64,000 bases of DNA from Micrococcales bacterium (lineage in GTDB: Bacteria; Actinomycetota; Actinomycetes; S36-B12; UBA10799). A program made the translations under genes and the position numbers. The notes under the pieces are model-generated. The model had not been told where the DNA came from. It was given only the letters and a program-made list of their open reading frames with translations, and did no database searches. The stretch spans positions 71,173 through 135,172 of the forward strand of contig JADJCR010000001.1 of NCBI GenBank assembly GCA_016703125.1, written 5' to 3'. Shown here piece after piece: positions 9,213-18,302 of the stretch (position 1 is its first letter; each line of letters begins with the position of its first letter).

Positions 9213-12200
9213 TCAGGAGCGTTTCTTCTTCTTCGGCTTGGGCGCGGGCAGGGTGTCCCGGGTCGTCGGGCCGACCCGCCCGGTGCTCGCCACGGCCTGC
9301 AGGCTCACCGCAGCCCGGTCGTCACGGTCGATGCCCGTGACCCGGACGCCGCGGGACTTGGGGCCGGTGGTGATGCGTCGCGACAGCCCGTCCCCGGACC
9401 GCACGACGACGACGTACGCGTCGGCCCCACGCGCCTTGCGCCAGCGGACCACGACCCCCTGACCCTTGCGGACGATCCGCACACCTGTGACCTTGCCTGG
9501 CCGCGCCGGCGGGGGTGCGGAGTACCTGCCGGCTGAGGCGTGGTCGACCGGGATGCCGTCGCGCGTGATGATCGCTGTGAGGGTCCGCCGCCCGCCGGGA
9601 CCGGTCCCGGCGGGGATTCGCAATGCTCCCGAACCGGCCTTGACCGTGCCGAGGACGCGGGAGGTGCCCGTCCGGGTGCGTTCGCTGATGATCGCGCCGA
9701 GGTCCTTGCCGCCGCGCAGGGTGTACCGCAACGAGACCTTGCCGCCGGTGCGGACGATGCGGGTCGACAGCCGCGGTGATGGTGCGCTCTCGGTGAGCCG
9801 GATGCGTTGGATCACCGAACCGTCCGCGGCGACGACCTGCCAGTTCCCCTTCCGGGGGTTGCGGATGGACACGATCGTCTGATTGTCCGCCGACAGCGCG
9901 ACGACTCGGGCCCGCTTGGCCTGGGTGACGGTCGTTGGGCGGACCGGATCGATCCGGCGCCCCTTGGGATCGATCAGGCTCACTGCCGGGGCGCCGCCGA
10001 CGCCGTCGATGTGCAGGTAGGCGTGGACCCCGCCGCTCAGGCGCACGCCCGAGGCCGCGACGTGGCCCGCGCGCAGGGCCTGGGACTGCCGGGGGGTCAG
10101 CACGACCTGGATCGGACCGAGGTTGCACGACCCCAGCGGTGGGAACAGGGTCAGGTCCTTGTCGGAGAACCGGTACCGGAAGCCTGCGCCACCGACGCAC
10201 ATGCCCACGCCCCGACTGCTGATGACGATGTCTGCGATGTTGAGATCCACGTCGGGGAACGGGTCGGGGACGTACAACGTGATGCTGCCGCTCTGGAACC
10301 GGCCGGAGAACTGGCCACTGGGCAGGTCGAAGGCCAGGCCCAGCCCGGCGCCGCCGCCCACCCCGAGGTCGTTGCTGCCCAGTTTCAGCCGCGCCTGGCC
10401 TTCGTAGGCGACGAAGCCATCACCGTTGACGGTGGCCTTGACCCGGGAGACGGGGATGAGCTCGAGCACGGTGGAACCGCCGCGCACGCTGACCTCCCAC
10501 GGCGTGCCGAATGTGATCGTCGCGTCGGCGCTGCTGTCCACGAGGAACGTCTGCCCGGCCACCACCGGGATGATCCCGATGGTGCCGCCCACTGAGATCT
10601 TCGTGGGCTGCAGACCGAACCCGCCACGGACCTTCCACAGGTACACGCCTTTGAACAGCGGCAGTCCGGGGTAGGGGATGGTCACCTCCGCGCTCGCGTC
10701 GCGGAACCCGCCTGCGACGAAGCGCACGCTCACGCCGATCCCCAGCGATCCGCGTCCCGGCGGCATGATCAACTGACCGCTGCCCACCCATGTGTCGTTG
10801 CCGGCCGTGTACTCCAGCAGCACGTCCCGCAGGGTCGGGCCGGCCAGGTAGGCCTCGTTGATCTCGATGCGCAAGGAGTCCAATTGCAGCCCGCTGCCCA
10901 CCTGTGCGCGCAGGACCGCCTCCCCCCGGGCGTCGCCGAATGCTTTGGGCAGCTTCAGGTTCACCGGGATGCGCACACCCTTGTCGGTGAGCTCGACGTC
11001 GATGCGCCCGCTGATCGGGAACCCCTTGAGCGCCGCTGCGTACGCGGAGGTGTCGAAACTCGCCAGCAGCGTCTTCTCGTTCGGCTTGGGCAGTTTCAGG
11101 TGCAGTTCGCCGCGCCAGACGGTGATGGGGCCGCCGCCGGCGTCGAGTTGCACCGAGACCGTGCCGGTGGTGTCGATCGTCTTCGCCGCGGGGTCGATCT
11201 GGATCTGCACGCCCTTGTCGGGCCGCACCCACAGGCCATTGAGATCCACGGGGCCCTGCGCCACACGGATGCTGCGGGTCGCGGTCAGCCCACTGGTGGC
11301 GGTGGTCCGCGTTGCGGTGAAGAAGCACCCGGACGTGCGCATCTCCACGGCCCCGAACGCGATCCGCCCGCACTCCACGGTGGCCTCCGGTCCGACCAGG
11401 CCCTCACCGGCGCGCCCGCCGAGCCCCAGTTGACCGGTGGGCGCCAAGGTTCCGAACGAGGTCACGTACAGGGGGTTGTAGATGCCGCCTGACCCCGCCA
11501 TCACGACCACGCCACCACCGTCGGGCAGCACGGCGAACCGGTTGGTGGAGAAGGCCTGTCCGGTGGGCGCGGTGGCCACGGTGACGGGGCCGCCGAAGGC
11601 CGTCCCGTCGCCGCGCTGGAGCTGGAATGTGCCGCGCGTACCAGGGTCGACGCTGCCCACATAGACCCCGCCGGCGCCGTCCTGCTCCACCGTGGCGAAG
11701 TCACCGGGCGCCATGGTCACCGGGTCGCTGACTGTCATGTCGTTCACCCGGCGCAGTTGCGGGATTCCGCTCAGGCCCGGCTTGGCCAGCAGCAGTGTGC
11801 CCGCGGGCCCGGGGGCCAACGACGGTTCGCCGGCCGGCCCGATCTCGGCGCGCTGCCAGGTGGCGACGTTGTTCGGGCTCCCCTGGCCGCTCCACCGGCC
11901 CAGCCAGCCGTTGGCGTTGGCGTCGGTCCAGGCGGCGATCGGCACACCGCCCTCGCTGGCCACCCGCCCGTCGTAGGCCTGGACGCCCGGCCCGAGCAGG
12001 GCCGTGGCCACCGATGTCTGGCCGGCGGTGTAGGCCTGCACGCTGGTGCCGCCGGTCACGGTGTCGGTGATCCCCAGGATGCTCGGTGCTTCCGGCGGGC
12101 CGAACACCGCGGCGTCGTGGACGGACATGTCGCCGATCCACGTGCGCGGGGCGAACGTGGTGCCACCGTCGGCGCTGAAGTCCAAGAAGGTCGCCGTGGC

Positions 12201-12752
12201 ATCCTCGTACTCGGGGGTGTTGTTCGGCGGCCGGCCCGGGATGGGCACGCCGTCGTAGGGATAGCGGCTGCTCACCAGGGCGAGGTCGTCGCCGAGCGCC
12301 AGCGGCTGGACCCCGTTGATGTTGGTGACGCCGATGTCCGGCAGGTAGGCCTCCGGCCAGCGCTTGACCGAGTCGCAGGCCGAGGCCCCGCGCGGCAGCC
12401 GGCAGTAGACCTCCACGTCCCCCGGGCGGTCGGGCGTGCCGCGCTCGACCCAGGTGATGTGGGCGGTCCCCGCCGCGTCGAGCAGCACCCTGGGCTCCGT
12501 GACGGCGTCCGCCAACTGGATCAGCGGGCGGGCCGGGGGTTCGACCGGCGTGACGGGTACGACCTTCCGCTTGGGCTTGTAGCCGGGAGTCGTGTACACG
12601 CGCTTCTTCTTGGGCTTCTTCTTCGCGCTCACATGGCGGTCCCACGGGGTGGTCAGCGTCGTGTCCGGGCCGTCACTGGCGACCGATTGCGCATGCGCGG
12701 GGAGCGGGGTCACCAGGAGGACCCCCGCTGCCAGCGCGGCCGCGAAGCGCAT
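9213..12752 (-). CDS. Large secreted protein (1179 aa) of unknown function, with signal peptide, Lys-rich linker, and C-terminal Ig/FN3-like repeats ending in a KPKKKKRS tail
   Basis: Track ORF 9213..13325. The first ~190 codons are Arg/Gly/Pro junk that overlaps the neighbouring hydrolase gene. The ATG at 12752 gives MRFAAALAAGVLLVTPLPAHAQS. The rest is Gly/Thr/Val-rich and beta-type. The C-terminal segment GKVTGVRIVRKGQGVVVRWRKARGADAYVVVV resembles FN3. Confidence 0.7.
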   Translation of the reverse strand: MRFAAALAAGVLLVTPLPAHAQSVASDGPDTTLTTPWDRHVSAKKKPKKKRVYTTPGYKPKRKVVPVTPVEPPARPLIQLADAVTEPRVLLDAAGTAHITWVERGTPDRPGDVEVYCRLPRGASACDSVKRWPEAYLPDIGVTNINGVQPLALGDDLALVSSRYPYDGVPIPGRPPNNTPEYEDATATFLDFSADGGTTFAPRTWIGDMSVHDAAVFGPPEAPSILGITDTVTGGTSVQAYTAGQTSVATALLGPGVQAYDGRVASEGGVPIAAWTDANANGWLGRWSGQGSPNNVATWQRAEIGPAGEPSLAPGPAGTLLLAKPGLSGIPQLRRVNDMTVSDPVTMAPGDFATVEQDGAGGVYVGSVDPGTRGTFQLQRGDGTAFGGPVTVATAPTGQAFSTNRFAVLPDGGGVVVMAGSGGIYNPLYVTSFGTLAPTGQLGLGGRAGEGLVGPEATVECGRIAFGAVEMRTSGCFFTATRTTATSGLTATRSIRVAQGPVDLNGLWVRPDKGVQIQIDPAAKTIDTTGTVSVQLDAGGGPITVWRGELHLKLPKPNEKTLLASFDTSAYAAALKGFPISGRIDVELTDKGVRIPVNLKLPKAFGDARGEAVLRAQVGSGLQLDSLRIEINEAYLAGPTLRDVLLEYTAGNDTWVGSGQLIMPPGRGSLGIGVSVRFVAGGFRDASAEVTIPYPGLPLFKGVYLWKVRGGFGLQPTKISVGGTIGIIPVVAGQTFLVDSSADATITFGTPWEVSVRGGSTVLELIPVSRVKATVNGDGFVAYEGQARLKLGSNDLGVGGGAGLGLAFDLPSGQFSGRFQSGSITLYVPDPFPDVDLNIADIVISSRGVGMCVGGAGFRYRFSDKDLTLFPPLGSCNLGPIQVVLTPRQSQALRAGHVAASGVRLSGGVHAYLHIDGVGGAPAVSLIDPKGRRIDPVRPTTVTQAKRARVVALSADNQTIVSIRNPRKGNWQVVAADGSVIQRIRLTESAPSPRLSTRIVRTGGKVSLRYTLRGGKDLGAIISERTRTGTSRVLGTVKAGSGALRIPAGTGPGGRRTLTAIITRDGIPVDHASAGRYSAPPPARPGKVTGVRIVRKGQGVVVRWRKARGADAYVVVVRSGDGLSRRITTGPKSRGVRVTGIDRDDRAAVSLQAVASTGRVGPTTRDTLPAPKPKKKKRS

Positions 12753-12799
12753 GCCGCACCCTGGCACGGGTGGGCGCGGCCGCGCCATAGGGTGAACGG

Positions 12800-13687
12800 C
12801 TACACGTGGGTGCCCGCGACAAGGTCGCTGCGCAGCAGCAGGCCGTCGAGCATCGCCATGATCTCGTCGGGGAACTCCAGAGGCACGAAGTGTGTGCCCT
12901 GCAGGACGTGGACCTCCGCCTGCTCGATCCGCTCGGCGAAGGCCACCACATCGCGCATCGAGGTCATCACGTCGAAACCACCAGCCACGACGGTGATCGG
13001 GCACTCGACGAACGAGGGGTCCATCGGCTCGTGATCGGCGGCAGCCACCATGAGCCGGAAGTACCACTCGAAGTCGTGCTCGAGGAACGCCTGGATCCAG
13101 GGCACCACGTCTTTGGTCCGCGCGCTGGGGAGCATGAAACCGCTGTGCCGCAGGACCTCGGCGAACGCCGGGCCCTTGGGCACCACCCGCGCGAGTGCGG
13201 AAAGTGGCCCGCCGATGGCCTGGCCGGCCCGGCTCACCAGCAGGCCCGACTGCTTGCGCAGAGGCTTGGGAACCAAGAGGTTCGAGAAGGCCGCGTCGAA
13301 GGTCCCACCCGGCACGCCGGCGCACATGAGCATGCCCGCGACCTTCTCCGGGTGCTCGGCGGCGATCTCGAAGCTGACGTTCACGCCCAGTGACCAGGCC
13401 ACCAGCAGCGCACGGTCGATCCCGACGTGGTCCATCAGCGCCAGTGCGTCGGCGACGTGGTCCTCGACGCGGATCGCCTCGGGGTCGGCAGGGCGTCCGG
13501 AGCCCAGGCCGCCGCGGTGGTTCCAGCCCACGACGCGGTACCCGCAGTCGGGATCCAGCAGGCGCGGCCAGGCCTCAGGTGGCACGCCGAGACCGTTGCA
13601 GACCACGATCGCGGGGCCGTGCCCGTCATTGCTCCAGCCGAGCACCTGCGTGCCGTCGGTGCTGGTGAAGGTGAACGTCGAGTACAT
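12800..13687 (-). CDS. Alpha/beta hydrolase
   Basis: Track ORF 12800..14206, trimmed to the ATG at 13687 (MYSTFTFTSTDGTQVLGW...). It has the nucleophile elbow AWSLGV and a typical HG-type N-terminal strand (AIVVCNGLG). Confidence 0.8.
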   Translation of the reverse strand: MYSTFTFTSTDGTQVLGWSNDGHGPAIVVCNGLGVPPEAWPRLLDPDCGYRVVGWNHRGGLGSGRPADPEAIRVEDHVADALALMDHVGIDRALLVAWSLGVNVSFEIAAEHPEKVAGMLMCAGVPGGTFDAAFSNLLVPKPLRKQSGLLVSRAGQAIGGPLSALARVVPKGPAFAEVLRHSGFMLPSARTKDVVPWIQAFLEHDFEWYFRLMVAAADHEPMDPSFVECPITVVAGGFDVMTSMRDVVAFAERIEQAEVHVLQGTHFVPLEFPDEIMAMLDGLLLRSDLVAGTHV

Positions 13688-13826
13688 CCTGTCCAGTGTC
13701 GCAAGGTCGCGGATCGAGTCCGTGCACCGGTCACCCGGACGAGCGTCCGCTCGGCAGCCCTTCCCCGCGGCGCGGCTGGCAGCATTGAAGGTGTTGCGGT
13801 CCGTGCTATCGAAGCGGGTGGTCCCC

Positions 13827-15559
13827 ATGTATCGATCTCTCTTCGCCACAATCTGCGCCGGTGCGATCGGCTTCGCGTTGTTGGGAGCCGCGCCGGCGAC
13901 CGGGGACGAACGCCAGCGTGACGCGGCTCTGCCGTCGGTATCCGCCACCGGCGACGATCCTGGACGGCCGTACATCGTGACGCTGACGAAGCGCACGTCG
14001 GTCTCCGCGGCGCTGTCATCGCAGACCGTTCTGGCGAACCTGACCGGGCCGGTCTTCCGCGGGGCGGTGGTGCAGGCCACCGCCGCACAGGTGCAGGAAC
14101 TGCGCGACGACCCGGGTGTGGTGGCCGTCGAGCCGGACCGGCAGGTTCGGACCATGGACGAGCAGCGGACCGCGTCGGTGGCCAACTCGTGGGGCCTCGA
14201 TCGCACGGACCAACGGAACCTGCCGCTGAACGGTGACTACTCCCCGCCGGCCACCGGCGCCGGGACACACGTCTTCGTCATCGACACGGGGATCAACTCC
14301 AGTCCGGAGTTCGCGGGCCGGCTCGGCTTCGGCGCCTACTCGCCCGACGTCGCAACGAGCGCGAGTGACTGCAACGGACATGGCACCCACGTGGCCGGGA
14401 CCGTGGGGTCAACCACGTACGGCATGGCGCCGGGCGTCATCCTGCACCCCGTGCGCGTCCTCGCCTGCGACGGGTCCGGGCCGACGAGCGCGAGCATCGC
14501 CGGGATGAATTGGGTGGCTGCGAACGCACCGGCCCACTCCATCGTGAACATGAGCCTCGGCGGGCCCTTCTCATCCGCGCAGAACAGCGCGGCGGCTGGG
14601 CTCGTTGCGCTGGGCATCCCGGTGGCCGTCGCGGCGGGCAACGACAGCGTCAATGCCTGCACCGTCTCGCCGGCCAGCGAGCCGTCCGTGCTCACCGTGG
14701 GGGCGGTCGACTCCTCGGACCAGGACACGTCATTCTCCAACTGGGGGTCCTGCCTCGACCTGTACGCCCCGGGCCAGGGCATCGTGAGCACCAACTACCT
14801 CGGCGGCGCCGGCGTGAGCAAGAACGGCACCTCGATGGCCAGCCCGCACGTGGCAGGTGCTGCCGCCATCTACTGGGAGCTCTACCCGGGCGCCGGCGCT
14901 GCGGCAGTGCAGGCGGCGGTCATGAGCCAGGCGACGACAGGTGTCATCAGCTACCCGTACGGGCAAGCAGGATCTCCGAACGTCAACCTCAACGTGCAGT
15001 TCCCGACCCCGGTGCCGCCTGGCGCGCCGGGAGCCGTGAGTGCCGCACCCGGCAATGGTTCCGCCACCGTCTCCTGGCAGCCGCCGGCCAGTGACGGCGG
15101 CAGCCCCATCACGGGGTACACCGTCCTGACCTCGACCGGGCAGCCGGGCTGCACCGCCGCCGGGGAGCCCCCAGCTGCGTGGTGCCCGGCCTGGCCAACG
15201 GCTCGTCGTACAGCTTCGCAGTCACAGCCCACACGGCCTGGGGCACGAGCCCGGTTTCCGCATGGTCGGCGGCAGTGGTGCCCAGCACGGTGCCCGGGTC
15301 GCCCCGCAGCGTGAAGGTCAAGGTCCGCCGGGGCAAGGCTGTGGTGCGTTGGTCCTGGCCGACGTCGGACGGTGGCGCCGCGATCTCGTCGTTCCGCGTG
15401 TTCGCCTCGCCGGGCACCCGGGCCTGCCAGACGAGTGGTCGCACGAAGTGCACGGTGAAGCGGCTCAAGTCCGGCAAACGCTACCGCTTCACGGTGTATG
15501 CGTTGAATGCGAACGGTGCGGGTCCAGCCGGTACGAGCCGGAGGGTGAGGATCAGATAG
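13827..15559 (+). pseudogene. S8 (subtilisin/proteinase-K-like) serine peptidase with I9 propeptide and two C-terminal FN3 domains, frameshifted near 15166-15173
   Basis: Signal peptide MYRSLFATICAGAIGFALLGAAP. Catalytic triad contexts are VFVIDTG, CNGHGTHVAG and NGTSMASPHVAG. After ...GYTVLTSTGQPGCTAAGEPP the frame becomes junk. The FN3 sequence continues in the -1 frame (SCVVPGLANGSSYSFAVTAHTAWG...) in track ORF 15179..15559. The break is at a C5 run. Confidence 0.8.
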
Positions 15560-15598
15560 GTCGCAGCAGCCCAACCCCCCCGGCGATACCCTGACGCC

Positions 15599-17273
15599 AT
15601 GGCCGACATGAAACCGCGCAGTTCCGTTGTCACCGATGGCCTCGAACGCGCCCCCGCCCGCGGTATGTTGCGCGCGGTCGGCATGAGCGACCAGGACTTC
15701 GACAAGCCGCAGATCGGGGTGGCGTCGAGCTGGAACGAGATCACCCCCTGCAACCTGTCCCTGGACCGCCTCGCGAAAGCGGCCAAGGAGGGTGTGCACG
15801 CTGCCGGGGGGTTCCCGCTGCAGTTCGGGACGATCTCGGTGTCCGACGGCATCAGCATGGGGCACGAGGGGATGCACTTCTCCCTAGTCAGCCGGGAGAT
15901 CATCGCTGACTCCGTGGAGACGGTGATGAACGCCGAGATGCTCGACGGCATGGTGACCTTCGCCGGCTGCGACAAGAGCCTGCCGGGGATGATGATGGCC
16001 GCCGCCCGCTTGGACGTGGCATCGGTGTTCGTCTACGCCGGTTCCATCCTGCCCGGCAAGGTCGGGGACCGCGATGTCACCATCATCGACGCCTTCGAGG
16101 CGGTCGGTGCGTGCGCGCGGGGTTTGATCACCCGTGAGGAGGTCGATGAGATCGAGCGGGCCATCTGCCCCGGTGAGGGTGCCTGCGGCGGCATGTACAC
16201 CGCGAACACGATGGCGAGCATCGGCGAGGCCATGGGCCTGTCATTGCCGGGGTCGGCTGCCCCGCCCGCGGTGGACCGCCGCCGGGACACCTACGCCCGT
16301 CGCTCGGGGGAGGCTGTCGTCGAGCTGATCCGGCAGGGGCATCACGGCCCGGCAGATCATGACCCGCGAGGCGTTCGAGAACGCCATCACCGTGCTGATG
16401 GCACTCGGCGGATCCACCAATGCCGTGCTCCACCTGCTGGCGATGGCCCACGAGGCTGAGGTGGACTTGGAGCTCGAGGACTTCCACCGCATCGGTTCCC
16501 GGGTGCCGTTGCTGGGAGACCTCAAGCCCTTCGGCCGGTACGTCATGAGCGACGTGGACCGGGTCGGCGGCCTGCCCGTGGTGATGAAGGCGCTGCTGGA
16601 AGCCGGGCTGTTGCACGGCGACTGCATGACGGTCACGGGGCGCACGGTGGCGGAGAACCTCGCCGACCTGCAGCCGGCGGACCCGGACGGGAACATCCTG
16701 CACGCGGTCGACAGCGCACTGGACACCCACGGCGGCATCACCGTGCTGTCGGGGTCGATGTGCCCCGAAGGCGCCGTCGTGAAGAGCGCCGGGGTTCCGG
16801 TCGACGTCTTCGAGGGGTCGGCCCGGGTATTCGAGCGCGAGCAGGCCGCCATGGCGGCGCTGGAGGACGGCACCATTCAGGCCGGTGACGTCGTGGTCAT
16901 CCGCTACGAGGGTCCGAAGGGTGGTCCCGGCATGCGCGAGATGCTGATGATCACCGGCGCCATCAAGGGGGCGGGCCTGGGCAAGGACGTCCTGCTCATC
17001 ACCGACGGCCGCTTCTCAGGTGGCACCACCGGGTTGTGCGTGGGGCATGTCGCCCCGGAGGCGGCGGACGGCGGGCCGATCGCCCTGGTCCGCGATGGCG
17101 ACCGGGTGCGTATCGACCTGAAGGACCGCACCCTGGACCTGCTGGTCGACGACGACGAACAAGCCGCTCGGCGGGAGGCCTGGCAACCGCTGCCGGCCCG
17201 CTACGAGCGGGGCGTGCTGGCCAAGTACGCCCGGCTGGTGGGTTCGGCCTCGCGCGGCGCGGTCTGCGACTGA
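15599..17273 (+). pseudogene. ilvD: Dihydroxy-acid dehydratase, frameshifted near 16336-16340
   Basis: Two track ORFs, 15599..16459 and 16359..17273, together give a full IlvD: [28 protein letters not shown]...[12 protein letters not shown]... then [30 protein letters not shown].... The join needs one base removed at cag ggg c atc acg, which restores [18 protein letters not shown]. Confidence 0.9.
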
Positions 17274-17276
17274 TCC

Positions 17277-18134
17277 GTGCGCATAGGCGTCGCGGTCCTG
17301 CCCGCGGATCCTTGGCCGCAGGCTGCAGTTCGGGTTCAGCAGCTGGAGGCGCTCGGGTATGCGCACCTGTGGACCTACGACCACCTTTCCTGGCGACGGT
17401 TCCGCGATTCCGACTGGTTCGGCGCAGTGCCGTGGCTGACCGGGGTCGCTGCGGTCACCGAGCGCATCCGGGTGGGAACGCTGGTCGCGTCCCCGAACTT
17501 CCGGCACCCGGTGACGCTGGCCAAGGATGTGCTGACCCTCGATCACGTCAGCGGCGGGCGGCTGACACTGGGCATCGGCGCTGGCGGCACCGGGTACGAC
17601 GCGACGGTCTTCGGCAATGCGGTGCCCAGCCCCCGGGAGCGCGCCGACCGCCTGGGCGACTTCCTCGAGGTGATGGACGGGCTGCTGACCCAGCCCACGT
17701 TCTCATCGGACAACCCCCGCTACCCGGTCGATGCCGCGCAGAACATCCCCGCGTGCGTGCAGCATCCGCGAGTGCCCTTCCTGGTGGCTGCCGCGGGTCG
17801 GGGCACGCTGCGCATGGCGGCCCGCTACGGGCAGGGGTGGGTCACGTATGGCAGGGATGGCGATCAGTCGCTGGCGGAGTTGGAGGCCGTGGTCCTGGCG
17901 CAGGCGGCCGTCCTCGACGAGCAGTGTGAGCGCCTGAGCCGGGATCCTGCGACCATCGACCGGGTGCTGGTGTCGTCGCACCGACTCACGGGCGTGGACG
18001 TGGTCGAGCACCTGCTGGGGATCTGCGAACGCGTCGGCATGACCGACCTCATCGTGCACGACCCCCGGCCCGGCGACAGCGAGCTCGACGCCGACCCGCA
18101 GGTGATGGCGGCGATCGCCGCGGCGTTCCTGTGA
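17277..18134 (+). CDS. LLM-class (luciferase-like) flavin/F420-dependent oxidoreductase
   Basis: Track ORF with a GTG start. Family-like stretches are LWTYDHLSW...RIRVGTLVASPNFRHPVTLAKDVLTLDHVSGGRLTLGIGAG. Confidence 0.8.
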   Translation: MRIGVAVLPADPWPQAAVRVQQLEALGYAHLWTYDHLSWRRFRDSDWFGAVPWLTGVAAVTERIRVGTLVASPNFRHPVTLAKDVLTLDHVSGGRLTLGIGAGGTGYDATVFGNAVPSPRERADRLGDFLEVMDGLLTQPTFSSDNPRYPVDAAQNIPACVQHPRVPFLVAAAGRGTLRMAARYGQGWVTYGRDGDQSLAELEAVVLAQAAVLDEQCERLSRDPATIDRVLVSSHRLTGVDVVEHLLGICERVGMTDLIVHDPRPGDSELDADPQVMAAIAAAFL

Positions 18135-18196
18135 CTGGCCCCGTCCGACACGGGCCCCGGGTTGGCAGTCTGTGGGCCGCAGGATACTCTGAACGG

Positions 18197-18232
18197 GTGC
18201 AGCACCTGATTCTCGTAAGTGAGCGCGTCTGA
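18197..18232 (+). promoter_or_regulatory. Putative ilvB leader peptide ORF ([11 protein letters not shown])
   Basis: An 11-codon ORF (GTG start) lies 70 nt upstream of ilvB and contains consecutive Leu-Ile-Leu-Val codons (ctg att ctc gta). A G-rich hairpin plus T5 follows it. Confidence 0.45.
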
Positions 18233-18256
18233 GCCCCTCCCGGGACAGGCGCGCTA

Positions 18257-18289
18257 CCCTCCGTTACCCATTCGGGTCGGGGGGTTTTT
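18257..18289 (+). terminator. Putative attenuator terminator in the ilvB leader
   Basis: ccctccg (18257-18263) can pair with cgggggg (18278-18284) with one G-U pair. ttttt (18285-18289) follows immediately, then the SD aggaagg and the ilvB ATG. Confidence 0.4.
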
Positions 18290-18302
18290 CGTTGCAGGAA
18301 GG

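Noticed and set aside
12753-13325. N-terminal extension of the 1370-aa ORF, with similar 5' extensions on ORFs 12800..14206, 13050..15314, 23578..25737, 32470..34260, 36582..38123 and 59973..61745
   Set aside because: The extensions are Arg/Pro/Gly junk that overlaps neighbouring real genes. Internal starts give proper signal peptides or canonical family N-termini, often with an SD or stop-start overlap.
18219-18302. In-frame GTG extension of ilvB ([28 protein letters not shown]...)
   Set aside because: The extension would read through the putative terminator and T5 and has no similarity to ALS N-termini. The ATG at 18303 has a good SD and gives the conserved N-terminus.
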